64,000 nt of DNA from Patescibacteria group bacterium (lineage in GTDB: Bacteria > Patescibacteriota > Patescibacteriia > SG8-24): assembly GCA_041667185.1 (NCBI GenBank), contig JBAYFM010000009.1, positions 351 to 64,350 of the forward strand. The letters are read 5' to 3'. Shown here one piece after another: positions 1 through 9,202 of the stretch; within the stretch, counting starts at the first letter, position 1; each line of letters opens with the position of its first letter. The translations under genes and the position numbers were made by a program. Under the pieces are notes generated by a model. It was not told the DNA's origin. It did no database searches and saw only the letters and a program-made list of their open reading frames with translations.

Positions 1-115
1 TTTGCCTCCGGTTTGAATGACGGCGATGTTGGCCATATTACGAGAAGTTCTTTAGAAAAAAGGCGCAACCGGGCCATCAAGGCGCCGGCCGACCGTTACG
101 ATGAGCAGGAGCAGT

Positions 116-628
116 TTACCGCTCGGCCCCAACCTTGTCAATATTGATCGTGAGCTTAAGCCCGGTGCGCAGCCCGTGGCGCGCCGCGAACCCCGCCGAC
201 ACTTCCAAAACCTTGTCGATCGGAGACATCGGGAAATACCGCTCCAGCGGCGCTCCGACCGCGGCCGGCGGCACATCCGTCGTGATATCAACGATCTCAT
301 CGCCCTTGATCCAAAGGATATCGATGGCGAATCTCATGTCCTTCATCCAGAAAGCGTAGCGGTCCGCGCGCCCGAAAATGAATAACATGCCTTCTGCGGC
401 CCCCAGCGCTTCCCGGCCGGACAGGCCTTTTTCCCTGGTCGCGGGCGTCGAAGCGACATCGGCCGCGATTTTGATCCGCTCGTCGATCACGACCTCGGCG
501 CGGGCGAACGTCCGCTGCTGCCAGGCGACGAATCCAGCGACCGCGAGCATCACTAAAAGCATGGTCAGGGAAAAGACCAGTTTATTGCGGGACATGTTGT
601 TTTCCGGTTGTTCTTTCAACATGGTCAT
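116..628 (-). CDS. DUF192-like small secreted/membrane-anchored protein
   Basis: 170-aa ORF with ATG at 628. N-terminal hydrophobic anchor, then a conserved core (GREALG..GMLFIF..WMKDMRFAIDILWI) resembling the DUF192/COG1430 family. Start overlaps the stop of the upstream GT4 gene by 4 nt. Confidence 0.5.
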   Translation of the reverse strand: MTMLKEQPENNMSRNKLVFSLTMLLVMLAVAGFVAWQQRTFARAEVVIDERIKIAADVASTPATREKGLSGREALGAAEGMLFIFGRADRYAFWMKDMRFAIDILWIKGDEIVDITTDVPPAAVGAPLERYFPMSPIDKVLEVSAGFAARHGLRTGLKLTINIDKVGAER

Positions 629-1746
629 TCAGGCTGCTGATCTTCTGGGATCGAATCATTCGCCGCTGGCCGAGTCCGACGCCGCCAAGCCGTCCAGAAC
701 GACAGGACGGCCGCGATCAGGCTCGCGATGAGTCCGAGGGCGACGATCTTCTCCCAGCCCTGGAGGAACAGCGTGGCTGAACCGAACAGGGCGGCCGCGA
801 AATAATAGAACAGCACGGTCTGCCGCTGCGACAGGCCCATGTCGATCAGCCGGAAATGCAGATGCGTCCGGTCGCCGGTGGCCATGGAGCGACGATACCA
901 GAAGATGCGCCGCGCCACAACGACAACAGTATCGAAGATCGGCAGGCCGAGAACGAGGAGCGCCGTGGCGATCTTGCCGCCCGAGATGATGGCGAGCGTG
1001 CCGAGCAGGAAACCGGCCAGCGTGGAGCCGCCCTCGCCCAAAAAGATCCGCGCCGGATTGAAATTGAAGATCAGGAAGCCGGCGAAGGCTCCGGCGACCG
1101 CGAACGCCAGGAGCGCCGTGTCCGGCTGGGCGACCTCCTTCATCAGACTCACGGCCGCGATGATGAGCGCCCCGATGACGGTGACGCCGCTCACGAGTCC
1201 GTCGAGCCCGTCGAGGAGCTTGGTCGTGTAGATCATGCCCAGAAGCCAGCAGAACGAGAACAGGTCGGCGATGAGCGTCAGTCTGTACGGCAGGCCGTCC
1301 CACCACAGGACCGTGAACTGCTGGCGGTCCAGGTAGATCTGGCCGCCGAACGGATTCGTGACGTAGCCCACGCCGATGCCGCTCGCCACCACGATGAGCG
1401 CAGCCAGCGCCGGCCAGATGATCTGGCGCGACGGACGCAGATCGAACTTGTCGTCGAGCGAACCGCCAAAAATGAGGATCAGCGCGGCCAAAAGCAGGCC
1501 GGCCAGATATTTCAATCTGATATGCAGCGCCGGCAGCCAACCCAGCCAGAGGCACAGACCGACGGCGGCCGCGAGGCCGGCGAAAACAGCGATGCCGCCG
1601 AGAAGCGGCGTCGGCCGCTGATGGATCTTGCGCGGCAAAACCGGCGCGTCGAGCACGTCAAAATGCCGGGCTAACCTGATCACGAGCGGCGTGGCCAGGG
1701 CGGAAACGGCGAATGATGCCAGAATGACGGCCAAAAACGGCAGCAT
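625..1746 (-). CDS. Glycosyltransferase family 4, polyprenyl-phosphate N-acetylhexosamine-1-phosphate transferase (MraY/WecA-like)
   Basis: 373-aa polytopic membrane protein. Motifs DDKFDL, NPARIFLGEGGS and VVVARR are typical of the MraY/WecA/WbpL superfamily. Length fits WecA-like rather than MraY. Confidence 0.65.
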   Translation of the reverse strand: MLPFLAVILASFAVSALATPLVIRLARHFDVLDAPVLPRKIHQRPTPLLGGIAVFAGLAAAVGLCLWLGWLPALHIRLKYLAGLLLAALILIFGGSLDDKFDLRPSRQIIWPALAALIVVASGIGVGYVTNPFGGQIYLDRQQFTVLWWDGLPYRLTLIADLFSFCWLLGMIYTTKLLDGLDGLVSGVTVIGALIIAAVSLMKEVAQPDTALLAFAVAGAFAGFLIFNFNPARIFLGEGGSTLAGFLLGTLAIISGGKIATALLVLGLPIFDTVVVVARRIFWYRRSMATGDRTHLHFRLIDMGLSQRQTVLFYYFAAALFGSATLFLQGWEKIVALGLIASLIAAVLSFWTAWRRRTRPAANDSIPEDQQPE

Positions 1747-1869
1747 GATAATTCGCTAGGGGTTAGGGACTGAGGGGGCTAAGTGTTAGGTTTTAGGGAC
1801 TATCACCTACCAACTACCACCTAATTACTAATTGACCGGCCGCGAGAGGCCGGTTTCTTTATCTTGTCG

Positions 1870-2499
1870 CTAATCCAATGGTTTCTCTTCCGACTTTTCG
1901 TTCTTGGATTTGCCGGCGCCATCCCCCACTTTGCCGATCTCGGACAGCAGGACGTTCTCCACGAAGATGCCGCGCGGATAAAAGATGCGCTCCAGTTCGT
2001 TCTTGCAATCCACTTCGACCGAGTCGCGCCGCGTCGAGACGACATCCTGATAATTGTAGCGCGAAGCGATCATGCGCATGCGGCTCCTAATGGTCGGCCG
2101 AACGATCTTCGAGACGAAATCCTCGCCGATGGTCTGCCAGATGGTCGGCACCTGATTGGTGTCGAGCCGCAGCAGCACCGTGCCCTCGACGGAGATCCGC
2201 TGGCCGTCAAGCGTCTGAGCGACGATCGGCGTGTCGCCGAGCGCCTGCTCGTTCTCCGGATTGAACTTGCGGCTGACGGAGTATTCCAGCGTCTGAGTGT
2301 TGAACAGCTTGGCTTTCTGCCAAAATGGGATCTTCAGGTGCAGGCCGGGGGTCAGGACTTTTTTCAGGACGCCGAAACCGAGGTCATAGACGCAGGCCAC
2401 ATAGCCCGGCGGTACATGGATGAACAGGCCTTTGAGCACGTCTTCAACGACGAACGAATACATGATCTTATCCAGGCTTTCGGAGCTTTCTGAAGACAT
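1870..2499 (-). CDS. SPFH/band-7 (prohibitin/HflK-C-like) domain protein
   Basis: 209-aa ORF, ATG at 2499. SPFH-like core (KIPFWQKAKLFNTQTLEYS ... QTLDGQRISVEGTVLLRLD) and a K/E-rich C-terminus. Confidence 0.55.
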   Translation of the reverse strand: MSSESSESLDKIMYSFVVEDVLKGLFIHVPPGYVACVYDLGFGVLKKVLTPGLHLKIPFWQKAKLFNTQTLEYSVSRKFNPENEQALGDTPIVAQTLDGQRISVEGTVLLRLDTNQVPTIWQTIGEDFVSKIVRPTIRSRMRMIASRYNYQDVVSTRRDSVEVDCKNELERIFYPRGIFVENVLLSEIGKVGDGAGKSKNEKSEEKPLD

Positions 2500-2574
2500 A
2501 ATTTGTGCCTAAATATGCGCTTAAATCGACGCCGATATTGCTTAGGATAGGCTAAAACGGCGCTTTTGGCAATA

Positions 2575-2695
2575 CGTGGAAGAGACGGAGTGCGGGAGAG
2601 ACGAAGTGCGGGAGAGACGAAGAGACGGAGCCTGTGACTCTGTCTCTCCCTGACTCCGCCACGTCGCTCGCGAGCGACGTGGCTCCGTCTCTCTC
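2575..2695. repeat. Octamer-array palindromic repeat (NGGAGTGC / GAGAGACGGAG family), copy R1 with a 42-nt palindromic core
   Basis: Tandem units gagacggagtgcgggagagacgaagtgcggg, followed by tgactccgccacgtcgctcgcgagcgacgtggctccgtctctc. That 42-nt core is identical to 50213-50254. Confidence 0.7.
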
Positions 2696-2745
2696 AACGC
2701 TTCCCCATAATAAAATCCGCCGGCGTTCTGCCGACGGATACCGTC

Positions 2746-3447
2746 TCAACTTTTAGCCGCTTTCTCCGTCCGGAACAGTATCTGCCGCAGCCAGAAGACG
2801 GCCATGGAGAAGAACATCGAGGTCAGGATGAAGATTGACTTGACCGTCGGCAGCAGGAACAGGGCGACCAGCGTGAACAGCGGGAACAGGATCATGTACA
2901 TGACGTCCGAGCGGGTCACGAGATGTTCACGTTTCTTCTGCACCGAATAGATCTGCAGGAACAGCACGACCGCGACGACCGCCGGCCAGAAAATGCCGCG
3001 TTCAGCGAGATCGAAACCTAGGAACATCGTATTGATCTTGGCTGGGATGACGGTCACCCAGGTGTAAAGCGTTTCTTGGGGCGTGAACTTGATGCCGCCG
3101 ATGAAGACCTGATAGATAAGCACGAGGACGACGGCCTGGATGCCGAGGACAAAAACTTTAGCCCAATAATTCACCTTGTGCTGCTGCAAGAGCTCACGGA
3201 TCTTCTCCTTGCGTTTGATGGCGTCGGCTTTGAAGTCGCGCTCAAGGGTGCCGATCTTCTTGTTCAGAGTCTCGTAGCGATAAGCATTGCGCTCATCGAT
3301 GATGGTGAACGGCATGAGAGCAAGACGCAGAGCGACGGTCAGCTCGATGATGGCAACGCCGAAATTCTCGCCCGCAAAGCCCGAATACAGGAAGATCAAG
3401 ACGTTCAGGAGCGGGTTGTAGAGATAATCGTGCCAAAATTGTTCCAT
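2746..3447 (-). CDS. yidC: Membrane protein insertase YidC/Oxa1 family (short form)
   Basis: The ORF-track start at 3483 is TTG. The first ATG at 3447 gives a 233-aa protein MEQFWHDYLYNPLLNVLIFLY. Conserved YidC helix pattern (GNFGVAIIELTVALRL) and five predicted TM segments. Confidence 0.6.
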   Translation of the reverse strand: MEQFWHDYLYNPLLNVLIFLYSGFAGENFGVAIIELTVALRLALMPFTIIDERNAYRYETLNKKIGTLERDFKADAIKRKEKIRELLQQHKVNYWAKVFVLGIQAVVLVLIYQVFIGGIKFTPQETLYTWVTVIPAKINTMFLGFDLAERGIFWPAVVAVVLFLQIYSVQKKREHLVTRSDVMYMILFPLFTLVALFLLPTVKSIFILTSMFFSMAVFWLRQILFRTEKAAKS

Positions 3448-3715
3448 AGGTCGGGCTATCCGGTTCGGCGCCGCTAAAAACAACCGTGCGCCTCATCAAT
3501 AAGCCAAAAAGATGCTTTTTGCGCATCCCGGAGACAGTATAATCCAAGATCGCCGTTCGGGCAACCTTTGTGGCTCGGGCCGGAACAGGATTTTTCTATC
3601 GTGCGGCCGGCGTTTGGACTGCCGAAAAAGCGGCGCCAGCTAGGACAGGGATAATAAGGCTATGTTAAGCGCTAATATCTCGCGCAAAACTTGATCAGGG
3701 TTAGGGTGGTCAAGT

Positions 3716-3746
3716 TTGACAAAGATCGCCTTTTGTTTTGTACTAT
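3716..3746 (+). promoter_or_regulatory. Candidate sigma70-like promoter (TTGACA-N19-TACTAT) for the 3813 repeat-protein gene
   Basis: TTGACA at 3716-3721 and TACTAT at 3741-3746 in an AT-rich intergenic region. Strong RBS aaaggagaaggg lies just upstream of ATG 3813. The 19-nt spacer is longer than optimal. Confidence 0.3.
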
Positions 3747-3812
3747 GGTCGCTCGTCAATATGATCCGCGTGGTTCGATTGACTACAAACGCTCTTTCAA
3801 AAGGAGAAGGGA

Positions 3813-4322
3813 ATGAGTGATTATCAATACGCAAAGGCCCGGGCTCAGATGTATCTCAACAAAATGCGTAACGAGGGTATATCTATCATCCGCTGCGAGT
3901 ATTGCCTCACTGACCTACGTGAGGTGATCACCAAAGGCAACCTCACCCTCGCGGACATTGGTACCAGTGAGGATGAGCTCCGCGAGCTTTGGGTCAAGTG
4001 CTGCAAGTTCAGCGCCCAGCGCTGGCTCGACCACCTGCGTAACGAAACCGTCAATTACGAGTATTGCCTCGATTGCCTGCGCAAAGAGATCGCCAAGGGC
4101 GTCATCACCCTCGAGGACATCGGCACCAGCGAGGAAGAGCTTGGCGAGCTTTGGGTCAAGTGCTGTAAGTTCAGCGCCCAGTGTTGTCTTGAGGATCTAC
4201 GTTACGGAACCGTCGAGTATGAGGCTTGCCTCAACCACTTGCGCGAGGCGGTCGCCAAGGGCGTCATCACCCTTGAGGACATCGGTACCAGCGAGGAAGA
4301 GATCGCTTCTTTCGTACCGTAG
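3813..4322 (+). CDS. Hypothetical protein made of three ~46-aa tandem repeats (YEYCLxxLRxxIAKGxxTLxDIGTSEEELxELWVKCCKFSAQ)
   Basis: 169-aa ORF with a strong Shine-Dalgarno sequence. The three repeats are also visible at DNA level. Conserved CC dyad and Cys in every repeat. No similarity to any family I recognise. Confidence 0.5.
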   Translation: MSDYQYAKARAQMYLNKMRNEGISIIRCEYCLTDLREVITKGNLTLADIGTSEDELRELWVKCCKFSAQRWLDHLRNETVNYEYCLDCLRKEIAKGVITLEDIGTSEEELGELWVKCCKFSAQCCLEDLRYGTVEYEACLNHLREAVAKGVITLEDIGTSEEEIASFVP

Positions 4323-4346
4323 ACAAGCCAAGTTCCCCACACTCGC

Positions 4347-4401
4347 GCATCCGCGCGGCAGAGAGCACACTCGCTCTTGCTGTTCGGGTGCGCTTTTTTT
4401 T
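4347..4401 (+). terminator. Intrinsic terminator (GC-rich hairpins plus T8 run)
   Basis: cgcgcatccgcgcg and flanking GC stems are followed by tttttttt at 4394-4401, 25 nt after the stop of 3813..4322. Confidence 0.5.
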
Positions 4402-4451
4402 CGCGAACGACGTGGTGTTTCTAAAATCAGGGCTTCCAGCCCAAGGGATCT

Positions 4452-6254
4452 TCAACGATCAAACGACATTCTGGCGGCCGAAAAGACGGCGCCAGCGGAG
4501 CGCGGCTCGACGGTCAGGCCGCTGAAACCGCCCGGAACGCCGCGGGTCAGGTTCGTGAAGCCCCAGGCGTCCCAGCGCCACAAGGCCGGCGCCACGACGC
4601 CGCACTCAGGACCGGTCGCGCCATACTCGCCCTCGAGGACCGCGAGCTCCTGGCAGCCGTCGCTGTCAGCATCCGCCAGGACGAACTCGCAATTGGGCCG
4701 GCTGAGCGCGGAAGACTGCCAGAGCGGACGGACGCGCCCGCCAGCCAGGGAAAACACGGCGAAATGGTTCCGGACCGCGGCATCGTCAGCCGCCCAGAAA
4801 GGTTTGGAGCTGCCGAAACTGCCGGCCCGCCAGAAACTGAGCGCAAGCTCGGTGTTCAGGTCGCCGTCGACATCCGCCAGCGCGAAATCATCCACCCACT
4901 GGTCTGCGGGCGAACTCCAGATTGCGCCGTCACGGCCGCTCACGACCAGCCGGCCGACTTTCAAGGAAAATGATTCCTCGGCTCCGTCGCCGTTGATGTC
5001 CGCGGTCGCGATCCTGGAGATCCGGGACGGACCAGTCATCGCAGTCGCGCCGACCGATTCGATCACGGCCGTCGCGTCCGGCTCGAAAGTTCCATTCGCG
5101 GCGTCATAGACGAACGCGGCCCGCTGCCCGAGTCTCGTCCCCAGGCGCGCCAGGATGCGCTCGCGATCAACGCCGGCCGCGGTCTCCGGACGGAACAGAT
5201 CCCCAATGACGATCGGCTGGAACTCGATCCGGACGATCTCCTGGCCGCGCCAGACGATCTTGGCCATGAGTCCGTCCCTGGTCTCGCGCGACCAGCCCTG
5301 ATCGAAAACGAAATTTCCGAGACTGTAGATGATCGGCTTGCCGGCATAGGTCTCGACGGTCTGGACGACGTGCGGATGGTGGCCGATGACGAGATCGGCT
5401 CCGGCGTCGATGGCGGCATGAGCGAACGCGGTCTGGCGCCGGTTCGGATCAGGGACATACTCCGTGCCCGAATGCATGGAGACGACGACGATGTCGGCGG
5501 CGGCGCGGGCGGCGGCGATATCAGCTTTCAAATTCTCGATGTCCATGGCTGCGGTCCCGGGATGATCGGCAGCGGCGAAATAACCCGCTGGTACGACATC
5601 GGCGTCGTTGTAAGCCAGGAAAGCGAACCGCAGCCCGGACCTTTCGACGATGGCCGGAGCGCGGGCGGCGGTCGCGTCAGCGCCAGCGCCGGCGTGGGCG
5701 ACGGCGGCGGCATCCAGATATTTCAGCGTCTCCAGGATGCCGGCGGCGCCGAAATTGGGGACGTGGTTATTAGCGAGCGAAAGAACGTCGAAACCGGCCG
5801 AAGCCAGGCTCGCGGCCGCAGCCGGATCGGACCGGAAAACCATCTCCCCGGGCTGGATCGCCCGGCCAGAAAGAAGCGCAGTCTCCAGATTGCCGAAAGT
5901 GATGTCGCCGGCGCGCAAATAATCCCGGACGCGCGCGAACGCGGCTTCCGGACCGCCATTCGCGGCCAGCCGCTGCGCCACGGTCCGCGACAGCATCAGG
6001 TCGCCGACCGCGACGAGCGAGATCTCTGGCTGGGATTCGGGCAGGGCCAGTTTCGCGGCCCGGAACGTTGCGAAAGCCGCGCGCCGCTCGGCGAGCAAGC
6101 CGGCCTCGGCGGCCGCGTCAGCAGCCAGCGGCAACGGAGCCGGATCCGGGATCGCGGCCTCGCCCTCCAGCCGGCTCGCGGCAAACCAGACCGCGGCGAC
6201 AACCGTGGCCGCGGACACGCAGATCAAAGTCGTGGTCCGGGCGCGTCTCTTCAT
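4452..6254 (-). CDS. CapA/PgsA-family metallophosphoesterase with C-terminal FG-GAP/VCBS-like repeat region
   Basis: 600 aa. N-terminal signal anchor. Metallophosphatase motifs VGDLMLSR, GNLE, SLANNHV, GHHPHV (CapA, poly-gamma-glutamate synthesis family). The C-terminus has DxDGD-type repeats (ADINGDG, ADVDGDL, ADADSDG). Confidence 0.6.
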   Translation of the reverse strand: MKRRARTTTLICVSAATVVAAVWFAASRLEGEAAIPDPAPLPLAADAAAEAGLLAERRAAFATFRAAKLALPESQPEISLVAVGDLMLSRTVAQRLAANGGPEAAFARVRDYLRAGDITFGNLETALLSGRAIQPGEMVFRSDPAAAASLASAGFDVLSLANNHVPNFGAAGILETLKYLDAAAVAHAGAGADATAARAPAIVERSGLRFAFLAYNDADVVPAGYFAAADHPGTAAMDIENLKADIAAARAAADIVVVSMHSGTEYVPDPNRRQTAFAHAAIDAGADLVIGHHPHVVQTVETYAGKPIIYSLGNFVFDQGWSRETRDGLMAKIVWRGQEIVRIEFQPIVIGDLFRPETAAGVDRERILARLGTRLGQRAAFVYDAANGTFEPDATAVIESVGATAMTGPSRISRIATADINGDGAEESFSLKVGRLVVSGRDGAIWSSPADQWVDDFALADVDGDLNTELALSFWRAGSFGSSKPFWAADDAAVRNHFAVFSLAGGRVRPLWQSSALSRPNCEFVLADADSDGCQELAVLEGEYGATGPECGVVAPALWRWDAWGFTNLTRGVPGGFSGLTVEPRSAGAVFSAARMSFDR

Positions 6255-8552
6255 TTAATTGGCGGTGGTGAAAGCCTTGACCCAGTCCGGACGTTCCGGC
6301 GTCTTTCCGGTGTCCAGCATCTCGCGCCACTTGGCATCGGTCAGCCGGTCGTTCATCGGCCAGGGGAATTCATAGTAAGAGTAGACGCCGCCCTTCGCCA
6401 GTTTCAGTTCGCCGTCGAGCGGGAAGACGACGAAGATGTTCGAGATGTGGCCGGTCCCCTCCTCAAGCACCTGACCGTTGGGATCGGTCGCCACGTCGGC
6501 CACGAGCGCGGCCGGATTATTGTCGAGATAGGACGAACTGCTCGCCTGCGCCGCCGCGATCTCCGCGGCGTTGATCTCATACCACAGATGCTCCAGCTGG
6601 CCGCCGAACGAACGGATGAATTCGTAGTCCTCGGCGCTGAGCGGCAGGACGGCCAATTCCTTTTCGGAAATGACCAAGAGCTTCCGCAGCAGCTCGGACA
6701 TCAGATCAAGATTGGCGGCTGACGGCGCATCCAGAAGCCCGCGCGCTTCGAGCCCGCGCTTGGTCATGGCCGTGAGCGCCAGGAGCCGCGCGTAGACCTC
6801 CGGCTCCGGCTGCACGTACCCGCGATCATCGCGCAGACGTTCGTCCAAACCCGCCCCGCCCAGCTCCGCGTAGACCTGTTTGGCGTACAGGATGGTGTCG
6901 TGCTTGAGTTCGGTCCAGCTGCCGAGCACGGACTCGAGATCCTTCCTGGCCCAAGCGGCATTCGTCATGAAACTCGGCCAGCCGGCGCCCTTCGCCGCAA
7001 CGAGCGGCCGCAGCGAATACAGCCAGCCCCAGTACAGATTCTGCGTCCAGACCTCGTCGCCGAGACCGCTGATGTAGGTCCGCAGCTTGCTCATGTTCTC
7101 GGGGTAGTCCTTGAAATCAGTCGCGCCGGCGCTCCGGAGCAGCGCGTAAGCCTCCTCCGAGCCGAGCGCGGCCGGGATATCGAGGCCTTTCGGCAGCATC
7201 CGCCTTGCGCCCTGCGGGTTCTCTTTGACCTCGCGATAAATCAGGCGCTGGAAGATGGAAGCGTCGATGGTGAACCGCTGTCCCATCAGCCGGAAACCCC
7301 TGATCTCCTTCTCGCGGTCGGGGCTGATGGTCTCGTCGAAGATCGGCATCGAGTTGAGCTGCGGCGGTTCGAGCGCCGCGAGAGCGGTCTGCAACTTGCC
7401 GAAACCAGCCTCGTCAGCGGCCAAGGCGGAGGCGTCGGCGTCCGCGCCGTAGGCCGACGCGAGCGCTTTGACGAATTCGTGATAACCGATGTCATCGCTC
7501 TTCCCGACGAAGAACGCGGTCGGTTCGTAGATCGCGTCCCAGTGCGCGAGCGCCGCGCCGTCGGCGCGCAAAGCCGCGGCCATGAGCGCGGCCGAGCGGA
7601 CCTCGTCGGCGGTCTTGAACCGGAAGTTCATCCGGCCGTACCACATCATGGCTCTGAAGTACGACTTCAGCAGTTCGGATTTTTCATAATGCCCGCGCGG
7701 CACGTACTGCGAATAATCCTCGAGGTAGGCGTCGCCGAGCTTCGGCGGCGGACCCGAACTCCGCTCCGCTCCCATGTTCATCATCGGCGATTCCTTGATG
7801 CCGGCGTGAGCGGCGATGAGATCGAGTTCGGCCGCGACCTCGGGCCGGACCTCGGCCGGAGTTTCCGCGGCGCCATTGAGCAGCTTCGCCGCCACGGCGA
7901 AAAAAGCGACGTTGCGTTTCGCGGCATTCTCCCAGGCCGTGCCTTTGAGTCCAGTCAACTGTTCCCGCGAGGCACGCAACAGCCGCGTTGTCAGCGCCCG
8001 GGCTTCGGCCGACAGTTTGCCGGTCTCGAGCTGCTGCAGCAGGTTGTCGAACATCAGGTGATAATTATGGACCACGGCATCGACAGTCACGAAACTCGGC
8101 AGTTTATCATAGCGGTTCTTCTCGTAGAGCTGGAAAAATTCCTTGGTCCAGCCCGGCGTCACGACGAATGCGTTCCGGACGAGCAAATCTTTGGCCGCGT
8201 CGGAGAGATAAAAATCGCCGGCGTTCGGAATATTCCCCAGGTCCGCGCTGACGGCATAGGGTTTGCCGGCCGGTTTCACGTTCGCAACCACCGGTTCATA
8301 GAGCGCGAATGCTCCAGCGGCCGCGATGCCAGGGATCGGACGCAAGTCGTCAACCGCCTGATCCGGCGCGTTCACGGACGGCGTCGGAACCGCAGCTGGC
8401 TTAAACGGCGAACTGAAATACCAGAAGGTCAGGATGATGGTTCCGCTATAAAGCAGAGAGCCGACCAGGAACTTCAGCCAGGACGGCTGATTTTTCCAGA
8501 TTCCGGCGCTCTTGACCGCCGGAGCGGCGGCCTGATCTTTCGACTGGTCCAT
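6255..8552 (-). CDS. DUF3160-like large secreted protein
   Basis: The ORF-track N-terminal extension (8553-8741) is translation of octamer repeat R2. The ATG at 8552 gives MDQSKDQAAAP, a TM anchor, and a ~765-aa protein containing the YVPRGHYEKSELLKSYFRAMMWYGR motif typical of DUF3160. Confidence 0.5.
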   Translation of the reverse strand: MDQSKDQAAAPAVKSAGIWKNQPSWLKFLVGSLLYSGTIILTFWYFSSPFKPAAVPTPSVNAPDQAVDDLRPIPGIAAAGAFALYEPVVANVKPAGKPYAVSADLGNIPNAGDFYLSDAAKDLLVRNAFVVTPGWTKEFFQLYEKNRYDKLPSFVTVDAVVHNYHLMFDNLLQQLETGKLSAEARALTTRLLRASREQLTGLKGTAWENAAKRNVAFFAVAAKLLNGAAETPAEVRPEVAAELDLIAAHAGIKESPMMNMGAERSSGPPPKLGDAYLEDYSQYVPRGHYEKSELLKSYFRAMMWYGRMNFRFKTADEVRSAALMAAALRADGAALAHWDAIYEPTAFFVGKSDDIGYHEFVKALASAYGADADASALAADEAGFGKLQTALAALEPPQLNSMPIFDETISPDREKEIRGFRLMGQRFTIDASIFQRLIYREVKENPQGARRMLPKGLDIPAALGSEEAYALLRSAGATDFKDYPENMSKLRTYISGLGDEVWTQNLYWGWLYSLRPLVAAKGAGWPSFMTNAAWARKDLESVLGSWTELKHDTILYAKQVYAELGGAGLDERLRDDRGYVQPEPEVYARLLALTAMTKRGLEARGLLDAPSAANLDLMSELLRKLLVISEKELAVLPLSAEDYEFIRSFGGQLEHLWYEINAAEIAAAQASSSSYLDNNPAALVADVATDPNGQVLEEGTGHISNIFVVFPLDGELKLAKGGVYSYYEFPWPMNDRLTDAKWREMLDTGKTPERPDWVKAFTTAN

Positions 8553-8637
8553 AGACGTATATATAATGAGTAGCTGCTGCTCGCAGTGTAGCAAATCGCG
8601 ACCTATCCGGTTAGTCGCGGGCCGATCGCTGAGACAA

Positions 8638-8860
8638 GGGTGGGAGTGCGGGAGTGCTGGAGAGACGGAGTAAAAGAGTTTGGGAGAGTGCTGGAGTGCT
8701 GGAGTGTTGGAGTGTAAGAGCTTTTGTCGGGTCTCCCCCACTCCTCCACTCCCGCACTCTCCCGTTCAGTGGATCGAAGAGTGAGGAAGTGCTGGAGTGC
8801 GGGAGAGACGGAGTCAGGAAGTGACGGAGTCTGGGAGAGCTGGATTTCCGTCTGCTCTTT
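8638..8860. repeat. Octamer-array palindromic repeat, copy R2 (forward array, tttgtcgggtctc centre, inverted array, second forward array)
   Basis: gggagtgcgggagtgctggagagacggagt ... tgctggagtgctggagtgttggagtgt ... cccactcctccactcccgcactctcccgttcagtggatcg ... gtgctggagtgcgggagagacggagtc ... ctggatttccgtctgctctttttcgccc. Confidence 0.7.
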
Positions 8861-8877
8861 TTCGCCCGGAGAGGCTT

Positions 8878-8904
8878 TTGACAAAAAGATTTTTATGCTA
8901 GACT
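8878..8904 (+). promoter_or_regulatory. Candidate promoter: TTGACA (8878-8883), TGcTAGACT extended -10 (8896-8904)
   Basis: Consensus -35 hexamer plus a TGn extended -10, 25 nt upstream of a perfect Shine-Dalgarno sequence and ATG at 8930. The same ttttgacaaaaagattttt block recurs at 9343-9361 in repeat copy R3. Confidence 0.4.
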
Positions 8905-8929
8905 CTGGTCCAGAATAAGGAGGTTCATC

Positions 8930-9079
8930 ATGAAGTATGTGAAGCCGATCCTGAAGATCTTCAACCCGTTCATTTTTATCATCAACTTCTTCAGGTACCT
9001 GGCGCATGCCGAGACCTATCGCGGGATGCCGGCCCGTTATGAGGCCTGCGATTTCGGCCGGGATCTGAAGTACTTCTAA
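8930..9079 (+). CDS. Small hydrophobic protein, 49 aa (MKYVKPILKIFNPFIFIINFFRYLAHAETYRGMPARYEACDFGRDLKYF)
   Basis: Not in the ORF track (<60 aa). Perfect SD aaggagg 6 nt upstream, a promoter upstream and an intrinsic terminator downstream. Lower GC than its surroundings. Confidence 0.4.
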   Translation: MKYVKPILKIFNPFIFIINFFRYLAHAETYRGMPARYEACDFGRDLKYF

Positions 9080-9115
9080 GGTCAACGTTATCGGAAACAA
9101 CGCCGACCAGATGCA

Positions 9116-9145
9116 AACGGACTGCGAGCAGTCCGTTTTTTATTG
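9116..9145 (+). terminator. Intrinsic terminator (aacggactgcgagcagtccgtt plus T-run)
   Basis: A 9-bp stem followed by ttttttatt, 37 nt after the stop of the 49-codon ORF. Confidence 0.6.
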
Positions 9146-9202
9146 TCCCAAAACCCCGGATTTTGGAAGTCGCTCGCTGAATATTGGCCGATTGTGCCCA
9201 TT

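Noticed and set aside
1-46. Possible start of a minus-strand gene leaving the window (ATG at 44-46; MANIAVIQTGGK...)
   Set aside because: Only 15 codons are visible and there is no SD, so it is too little to call.
3293-3547. ORF-track N-terminal extension of yidC to 3483 and the overlapping ORF 3293..3547
   Set aside because: The codon at 3483 is TTG with no SD. The ATG at 3447 gives a canonical YidC N-terminus. The overlapping ORF is frame noise.
8638-8860. CRISPR array interpretation of the tandem octamer arrays (also 18190-18320, 19141-19282, 35290-35415, 48358-48560)
   Set aside because: Units are 8-11 nt with no unique spacers of 25-40 nt. Arrays are internally palindromic, with forward and inverted arms. 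No cas genes in the window.
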